Origin: Candidatus Omnitrophota bacterium
GTDB taxonomy: Bacteria > Omnitrophota > Omnitrophia > Omnitrophales > Aquincolibacteriaceae
Assembly (NCBI GenBank): GCA_030698625.1
Contig: JAUYMS010000026.1
Coordinates: 14,841 to 78,840, forward strand
Direction of reading: 5' to 3'
Length of the DNA: 64,000 bases
Every line of letters starts with the position of its first letter. The first letter of the stretch is position 1. A program made the position numbers and the translations under genes. This document shows positions 58,378 through 64,000 of this stretch, one piece after another. Under the pieces are notes generated by a model, which was not told the origin of the DNA, did no database searches, and saw nothing but the letters and a program-made list of their open reading frames with translations.

Positions 58378-58663
58378 TTTTCTTTTTCGAGTCGGACCCC
58401 TCAGAACTCGACTTCTTACCATCAGTAGGTTTTGAGGGTTTCTTGTCTCCGGAGTCTTTCTCGGCCCCCTTCTTATAGCTCTGAGATCGGTAATCGGTTT
58501 CGTAGAAACCACTCCCCTTGAAGAGAATGCCTCCTCCGCCCCCAATCAAGCGCCGCAGCTTCTTGCCGCACTTCTTGCATGTGGTTAACGGATCTGCCGT
58601 GATCTGCTGAAACGCTTCAAAGGTGTCTCCGCACTTCGTACATTCATAGTCATATGTCGGCAT
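58364..58663 (-). CDS. FmdB-family zinc-ribbon protein
   Basis: MPTYDYECTKC...CKKCG...FKGSGFYETDY followed by a low-complexity K/S tail. Confidence 0.92.
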   Translation of the reverse strand: MPTYDYECTKCGDTFEAFQQITADPLTTCKKCGKKLRRLIGGGGGILFKGSGFYETDYRSQSYKKGAEKDSGDKKPSKPTDGKKSSSEGSDSKKKSEGT

Positions 58664-58678
58664 AATACAATCTCCCGG

Positions 58679-58710
58679 AAATAATAAGGGACCGTCCTAG
58701 AACGGCCCCC
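58679..58710 (-). terminator. putative intrinsic terminator after the CsbD-like gene
   Basis: Minus strand GGGGCCGTT-CTAG-GACGGTCCC (G-U pairs) followed by TTATTATTT. Confidence 0.45.
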
Positions 58711-58754
58711 GAATCACACATTAATACTGTTTTGCAGTGACGAATTATCGGATG

Positions 58755-59051
58755 TTACTTTTTAACTACTTTTATGTGAGCAGCAGTCATGGAATCGGCT
58801 TCCCAGCCTTCTATATCGTCACTACCCATCCTCTGTCGGCTTCCCTGGACATAAATTTCGAACCAGAGAATATCAATGAAGTTACGGACGACATCTCTGG
58901 ATTCGTCGCAATGTGCGCGGATTTGCTCGGTGAGCTGATTAAAGTCACGCTGGTATACGTCCAGATCGCTATCCCGCAGACTTGTCCACCTGTTCTTGAC
59001 GCGTTCCTTGAAGCGTTGCCAGCAGCGTGTTAAGTTTCTATCTTGAGACAT
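58755..59051 (-). CDS. CsbD/YjbJ-like protein with C-terminal extension
   Basis: WQRFKERVKNRWTSLRDSDLD...QLTEQIR resembles the CsbD pattern W..KG..K..WG.LTDDDL. Confidence 0.65.
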   Translation of the reverse strand: MSQDRNLTRCWQRFKERVKNRWTSLRDSDLDVYQRDFNQLTEQIRAHCDESRDVVRNFIDILWFEIYVQGSRQRMGSDDIEGWEADSMTAAHIKVVKK

Positions 59052-59135
59052 TGCTCATTCCCTTCGGAGTGTGCCCCTAATATAATGATTTTCCCTTTTT
59101 TTTCAAGCCTTTAGTTGCTATACTCAGTCCTTCAT

Positions 59136-60191
59136 ATGGAAACGACCGTCCAGGAAATCGCCCATTTGGTGGGGGGTGCCGTCGTCGGAGACAGCGAGAC
59201 ACCCATCAGTGGCATAACTAACATTGAAACTCCTCTCGAAGGCTTCATCAGCTTTGTTGAAGATGAGAAGCATCTGAGTGCCCTTGAATCTTCCCCCATT
59301 GCCTGCCTTATAGTGCCTAAAAATCTCGAGAAATCGAGCAAAACGTTGATTCAGGTGGACGCACCGAAGCTAGCATGGGCCCGCCTTCTGAGGGAATTTT
59401 ATCCTGGCCCCGTATATTCCCAAGTGGTTTCTGAGCAAGCCTTTATCGCCAAAACCGCCAAATTAGGAAAATCAGTCACGGTGGAACCCTTTGCCCGCAT
59501 CTCAGAAGGAGCAGAAATTGGCGATGGGGCCGTCATTCACAGCAATGCTTTCGTTGGTGACAATGTGAAGATTGGATCCGGCACGGTTGTTCACCCAAGC
59601 GCCGTCATCTATCATAATTCCCAGATCGGGAGTGCCTGCATTATCCACGCAGGGGCAGTCATCGGAGCCGATGGTTTCGGTTATGTCGGGACCTCCCAAG
59701 GCCTGGAAAAGGTGCCTCAGGTCGGCAACGTTGTCATTGGCGATGGCGTCGAAATCGGCGCCTGCACCACAATTGATCGCGGCACAATCGGCTCCACGAA
59801 GATTGGAGCCGGTTGCAAAATCGATAATTTAGTCCAGATTGCTCATAACGTCGTCATTGGCACTCATACCGTTATATCCTCACAAACCGGCATTTCCGGC
59901 AGCTCAAAGATCGGAGCCTTCGTCACCATGGGCGGCAAGGTCGGCGTCGGTGATCATGTCGAGATCGGCGATGGCGTCATGGTTGGGGCAGGTTCTGGAT
60001 TCCCAAGCGGCAAGAAAATTCCCCCCAAGCAGATTGTTTTCGGAGCACCGGCGCGGCCCTACAAGGAAGCGCGCAGGCAGATCGCGGCGCAATGGCGTTC
60101 CGCCGAAATGTACGAGGAAATCAAGAAGCTACGCAGGAAAGTTGAAGCATTAGAAGGTAAGCAAAAGGGCCTGCCCGAAGTCAGCTCCTAA
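59136..60191 (+). CDS. lpxD: UDP-3-O-acyl-glucosamine N-acyltransferase
   Basis: Hexapeptide repeats, [25 protein letters not shown]; start at 59136 after TGcTATACT. Confidence 0.96.
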   Translation: METTVQEIAHLVGGAVVGDSETPISGITNIETPLEGFISFVEDEKHLSALESSPIACLIVPKNLEKSSKTLIQVDAPKLAWARLLREFYPGPVYSQVVSEQAFIAKTAKLGKSVTVEPFARISEGAEIGDGAVIHSNAFVGDNVKIGSGTVVHPSAVIYHNSQIGSACIIHAGAVIGADGFGYVGTSQGLEKVPQVGNVVIGDGVEIGACTTIDRGTIGSTKIGAGCKIDNLVQIAHNVVIGTHTVISSQTGISGSSKIGAFVTMGGKVGVGDHVEIGDGVMVGAGSGFPSGKKIPPKQIVFGAPARPYKEARRQIAAQWRSAEMYEEIKKLRRKVEALEGKQKGLPEVSS

Positions 60192-60196
60192 GTCTT

Positions 60197-60796
60197 TCAG
60201 ATTGTCGAAGGACGTCCAATCAAGCTCAAAAATTCTGAACGCACCCGGTGATCATTCCGGAAATTTCCGAGCATCGCACTCGTCACCGTATAGGCACTAC
60301 TTTTCTCGACGCCGCGCATGGCCATGCATAGATGCAGGGCCTCAATGACGACGCCCACTCCCGACGGATTCAAGATCGACATGAGACACTCTGCAATCTG
60401 GCAGGTGAGACGCTCCTGAACCTGCAAGCGCTGGGCAAAAACCTCCACAACACGCGGTATCTTGCTCAGCCCCACAATTTTGCCGTTTGGAATATAGGCG
60501 ACATGCGCCTTACCGTAGAATGGGAGCATGTGATGTTCGCACAGAGAGAAGAGCTCAATATCTTTGACTACAACCATTTCTTCATACGATTCTTCAAAGA
60601 CAGAGCCATTGATGACTTCAAGAGGATCTTTCCAATAGCCCTGCGTCAGAAACTGGAGGGACTCGGCTACCCGCTTCGGCGTCTTTTGCAATCCTTCGCG
60701 GGTGGTGTCCTCTCCTACTAGGCGCAGTGTTTCGGCAACCAACTCCTCAATTCGCGCCTGCTTGTCGGGTTCTGCTGCAATCATCATGCTTGTCAT
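60197..60796 (-). CDS. folE: GTP cyclohydrolase I
   Basis: [41 protein letters not shown]. Confidence 0.97.
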   Translation of the reverse strand: MTSMMIAAEPDKQARIEELVAETLRLVGEDTTREGLQKTPKRVAESLQFLTQGYWKDPLEVINGSVFEESYEEMVVVKDIELFSLCEHHMLPFYGKAHVAYIPNGKIVGLSKIPRVVEVFAQRLQVQERLTCQIAECLMSILNPSGVGVVIEALHLCMAMRGVEKSSAYTVTSAMLGNFRNDHRVRSEFLSLIGRPSTI

Positions 60797-60811
60797 GGTC
60801 GTATTCCCTCC

Positions 60812-61840
60812 TCAAACAGCTGTTGGATTCAAAGCTTGGGTCAATGCCTGTGCGGCTCGGGCAAAACATGCCGCGGCCGGTGATTCGGGTGCTGCCGCGA
60901 CGATCGGATTCCCACTATCACCGCCCTCGCGAATATTTTGGTCTAGCGGAATACTTCCTAAGAACGGGATCCGGAACTCCGCTGCCGCCTTTTCTCCCCC
61001 GCCACTGCCGAAAATAGATCCCGTCATATTCTCAATAATACCCAGTATGGGAACTTCGGTCTTACGAAACATAGCAATACCTTTGCGTACATCCGCCAAG
61101 GCAACTTCCTGAGGGGTTGTCACGACAACAGCGCCCGAGAGCGGTACGGTCTGCACGAGTGAGAGTTGTACATCACCTGTTCCAGGCGGAAGATCGACGA
61201 GCAGGAAATCCAATTCCCCCCACTCGACTTTCTGTAGGAGTTGTGTCACCGCGCCATGGAGCATGGGACCGCGCCAGACCATCGGTTGATCCGGAGCAAC
61301 AAGTAACCCCATTGATATCATCTTAATCCCCTGAGCTTCGATCGGCAACATCTTGTCATTCTCACTCACTCGCGGTTTACTCTCGTGTGAAACGCCAAGC
61401 ATCATGGGGATATTCGGCCCATAGATATCACCGTCCATGAGCCCAACGCGACAGCCAGCCCTGGCAAGTGAAAGGGCGAGGTTAACGGCCACCGTAGACT
61501 TGCCGACGCCGCCTTTCCCACTGGCTACGGCAATCACATGTTGAATGCCCGGCAACGGTTGTTTGGCGGAAAAAGACGCGCTCTTCGCAGCGGGTTTAGA
61601 CAGACGGATTTGAACGTCGCGAACGCCGTCGATAGAACTGATCACGCTCTGGACTTCACCCGCGATCTTCTCGCGCGCTCCGGGTGCCGCACCGGCGATC
61701 TCCAAGTCAATGGTGACCTCCCCCGAGTCGATCTGCACGCCCTTGACCATCCCGAGCGCAACAATACTGCGTGATAACTCCGGGTCCTGCACCCCTTTCA
61801 GGGCTTCGATAATTGTGTCTCGACTCATTGATTCTGCCAT
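60812..61840 (-). CDS. mrp: Mrp/ApbC Fe-S carrier ATPase with N-terminal DUF59 domain
   Basis: VQDPEL, SGKGGVGKST, DIYGP, WRGP, DLPPGTGD, ENM. Confidence 0.93.
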   Translation of the reverse strand: MAESMSRDTIIEALKGVQDPELSRSIVALGMVKGVQIDSGEVTIDLEIAGAAPGAREKIAGEVQSVISSIDGVRDVQIRLSKPAAKSASFSAKQPLPGIQHVIAVASGKGGVGKSTVAVNLALSLARAGCRVGLMDGDIYGPNIPMMLGVSHESKPRVSENDKMLPIEAQGIKMISMGLLVAPDQPMVWRGPMLHGAVTQLLQKVEWGELDFLLVDLPPGTGDVQLSLVQTVPLSGAVVVTTPQEVALADVRKGIAMFRKTEVPILGIIENMTGSIFGSGGGEKAAAEFRIPFLGSIPLDQNIREGGDSGNPIVAAAPESPAAACFARAAQALTQALNPTAV

Positions 61841-61861
61841 GACTGTTTATTGATTCCTTCC

Positions 61862-63031
61862 TTAGGAGTGAGCTGTATGCTCTGACATATCAAGCTCACG
61901 TAATTCCGTAACTGTATCGCGCAGAATTTTTACAACCTCACGGATATCCGATTCCAAAATAGGCCGTCCGAAGCTGAAACGCACTGAGGAATTCGCCTGT
62001 CGTGAGTTCAAGCCCATCGCTGTCAGCACATGCGACGGCTCCAGAGAACCGCTCATGCAAGCAGATCCGCTTGAAGCATAAACTCCCCGCTGGTCTAAAC
62101 ACATCAAGAGCGCTTCCGCGTCAACTCCCTCAAACTTAATATTACTCGTGTTAGGAAGACGCTCGCACTCGACGGCATTAACAATACTATCGGGAATTGA
62201 AGAAATCACCTCTGTTTCAAAAGCATCCCGCAAAGTCTTAAGACTCGAATGCGTTTCCTGCATATTGTTTTTCGCCAAACGGCTCGCAGCACCCAATCCT
62301 ACGATACCAGAGACATTTTCAGTCCCTGCCCGCTTTCCTCTCTCCTGCGAGCCGCCGAAGATTAATGACTGATAAGGTGCCGTCTTCTTCACATAAAGCG
62401 CTCCGGCGCCCTTCGGCCCATAAAACTTATGTGCCGACAGCGAGACATAATCCGCTGCGAGATTCTGGACATTGAGATCGCATTTCCCTACGGCCTGAAC
62501 CGCATCGACATGAAAGAGAACCCCCCGCTCCTTCGCCAACTGAGCCACTTTATCCACAGGAAAGAGGGCGCCCGTTTCATTATTGGCTAACATCACGGTG
62601 ACGACTGCGGTATCTTGGCTTAAGGAATTGTGTAGTTGTTCAAAGTTCAAACGCCCGTGCCCGTCGACCCCGATTTCGATGACTTCGTAGCCTTCGGCGG
62701 CAAGCTGCCGGCATAATTTAAGTACGCTCGAATGCTCAACGGCCGTTGTCACAATGCGTTTGTTCGGCGCAGACGCTCTGAGGGCGGCACGAATCGCCGT
62801 ATTGTTGGCTTCTGTACCACCGCTGGTAAAAACAATTTCTCTTTCATCGCTGGCGCCGATCAGCTCGGCAACATTTCGCCTGGCATCGCGTAACGCGCGG
62901 GCGGTCGCCCTGCCCTTCTCGTGAATGCTCGAGGGGTTACCGAAGTCGTGCTTGAGACAGGGTTCCATTGCAGCCCATACTTCGGGAGCAACGGGTGTTG
63001 TCGCATTGTAATCTAGGTAGTAGGGTGTCAT
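61862..63031 (-). CDS. iscS: cysteine desulfurase (NifS/IscS)
   Basis: YLDYNATTP, GNPSS, FTSGGTE, HVDAVQ, SAHKFYGPKG, SSGSAC. Confidence 0.95.
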   Translation of the reverse strand: MTPYYLDYNATTPVAPEVWAAMEPCLKHDFGNPSSIHEKGRATARALRDARRNVAELIGASDEREIVFTSGGTEANNTAIRAALRASAPNKRIVTTAVEHSSVLKLCRQLAAEGYEVIEIGVDGHGRLNFEQLHNSLSQDTAVVTVMLANNETGALFPVDKVAQLAKERGVLFHVDAVQAVGKCDLNVQNLAADYVSLSAHKFYGPKGAGALYVKKTAPYQSLIFGGSQERGKRAGTENVSGIVGLGAASRLAKNNMQETHSSLKTLRDAFETEVISSIPDSIVNAVECERLPNTSNIKFEGVDAEALLMCLDQRGVYASSGSACMSGSLEPSHVLTAMGLNSRQANSSVRFSFGRPILESDIREVVKILRDTVTELRELDMSEHTAHS

Positions 63032-63114
63032 AATATTTTCCGAAGCACCGAATCCTTATAACCTCATATAATAAATTAGGTTACGATAGGTGCGAGCGAG
63101 TGATCGGCAACGCC

Positions 63115-63142
63115 ATTATGCCACGAATAGGGCCAAAGTCAA
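63115..63142 (-). promoter_or_regulatory. sigma70 promoter for iscS-mrp-folE
   Basis: TTGACT-N16-CATAAT with the extended TG dinucleotide. Confidence 0.6.
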
Positions 63143-63153
63143 GGAGAGGGGTT

Positions 63154-64000
63154 TTAGCTGCTTCCCTTGAGAAGCTCGTTAAATTGGGTCAAGGCTTCTC
63201 GGGACATGAACTGGTGCAGAACGGCGCCGGGTTCCATTTCCGGATAATACTCCAAGGCCGTATCATAATGACGCAAGGCCAGGGCCGAAAAGCGGTTCGC
63301 CTGTTGGGATCCGGTAGCTTTGAGCGTGGATTCCATGTAAAACCCACAGGCAACAAGCTCTCCAACATAGTATTGCGGTAGATTTTCACGCATTTGCTCA
63401 AAAGTGTTTCTAATTCCCCTCTCGTCCCCCGTCTTCAAAAACAGAGAGGCCCGGCGCTCATAATTCACCATTTTAAAAGGGTTGCGTTTTATGGCATCGT
63501 CTACTGCCGCGATGAAATTTTGGAAATCCTGCGGATTCGGACTCTGCAGGTATTTCCGCCTGTAATATCGTGCTAAGTCTTCGGGGTAGCGAGCATGGAA
63601 AGGGTCCAGCTTGGCAGCCTTCTCCAGCCCCACGACATGTGTTTTATCCAGTGCAAACCCATACGCCAGCACTTCGCAAACAGCAATTCCGGCGGAAATC
63701 AAAGTAACCATTAATAACACCGGCAGGGCTAACTTATGCCATGGGAACCCTGAGGGCTCTTTCTTATCGACCGGAGGCATAAGTTCCGCCTCGGCCTTGC
63801 AGAGTACGGTGCCTATGCCGATCATCAGCATGGCCATCCAGAAAATAGGCGGCAGGTAAAATGTATAGTCTACCAACGCGTGCAGAAGAACCGCCGACAG
63901 TGAAGAAACAGCAGCAAGCAAGAAATAGGCATGAAAATAACTGGCCGAACTGATTGCTGTTTTCACCCCGCGAAAAAGAGCACCCACAAAAATGGCCACC
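63154..64000 (-). CDS. O-antigen-ligase-like membrane protein with helical/TPR-like C-terminus (5' end beyond window)
   Basis: LLHALVDYTFYLP motif typical of the Wzy/WaaL C-terminal region; several TMs; AAKLDPF and AIKRNPF TPR-like ends. Confidence 0.6.
   Translation of the reverse strand, partial: VAIFVGALFRGVKTAISSASYFHAYFLLAAVSSLSAVLLHALVDYTFYLPPIFWMAMLMIGIGTVLCKAEAELMPPVDKKEPSGFPWHKLALPVLLMVTLISAGIAVCEVLAYGFALDKTHVVGLEKAAKLDPFHARYPEDLARYYRRKYLQSPNPQDFQNFIAAVDDAIKRNPFKMVNYERRASLFLKTGDERGIRNTFEQMRENLPQYYVGELVACGFYMESTLKATGSQQANRFSALALRHYDTALEYYPEMEPGAVLHQFMSREALTQFNELLKGSS

Noticed and set aside
1120-63859. Many 60-200 aa alternative-frame or antisense ORFs (e.g. 3069-3590, 8149-8718, 13911-14519, 23259-23843, 38646-39269, 39973-40524)
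   Set aside because: They lie within or across well-supported genes, lack recognisable motifs and are expected shadow ORFs.
1-64000. tRNA, rRNA, IS elements, integrases, prophage genes
   Set aside because: Intergenic gaps are short and none shows cloverleaf, rRNA or terminal-inverted-repeat signatures by eye; no ORF resembles a transposase, integrase or phage structural protein.

Overview
This 64-kb window is gene-dense chromosomal backbone from a Gram-negative bacterium (lpxD present; MurE is meso-DAP type). Gene content and style suggest the PVC superphylum, possibly Ca. Omnitrophota, but that is inference only. I see no rRNA, tRNA, CRISPR array, transposase or prophage. The window holds a truncated dcw cluster (murE-murF-mraY-murD-ftsW-murG-murC-murB-ddl-ftsQ-ftsA) with no adjacent mraZ, rsmH, ftsL, ftsI or ftsZ. 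Directly upstream, on the same strand and almost without gaps, sits an unusual nucleotide-handling module: a P-loop ATPase with a nuclease-like tail that looks inactive, an Ap4A-phosphorylase-type HIT protein, a dGTPase, a degenerate GAF/HD-GYP protein, a tail-anchored peptide and a MotB/OmpA lipoprotein. Upstream of that lie a circularly permuted ATP-grasp ligase and a receiver-YvcK fusion. Other genes: pncB, thiD, thiO, two helicases, fieF, a DCC-LMF fusion, treT, otsAB, an atypical ClpX, DUF4301, mutS-mutL, an Opp-type ABC transporter, a GH144-like glycosidase, lpxD, folE, mrp and iscS/nifS. Features missing or fragmented in the ORF track: a partial VanZ-family gene, a 47-aa lipoprotein, a 25-aa Lys-rich histone-H1-like microprotein with its own RBS, structured leader and terminator, and a decayed Nramp-like pseudogene. 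All family assignments come from motif recognition by eye, not from database searches.
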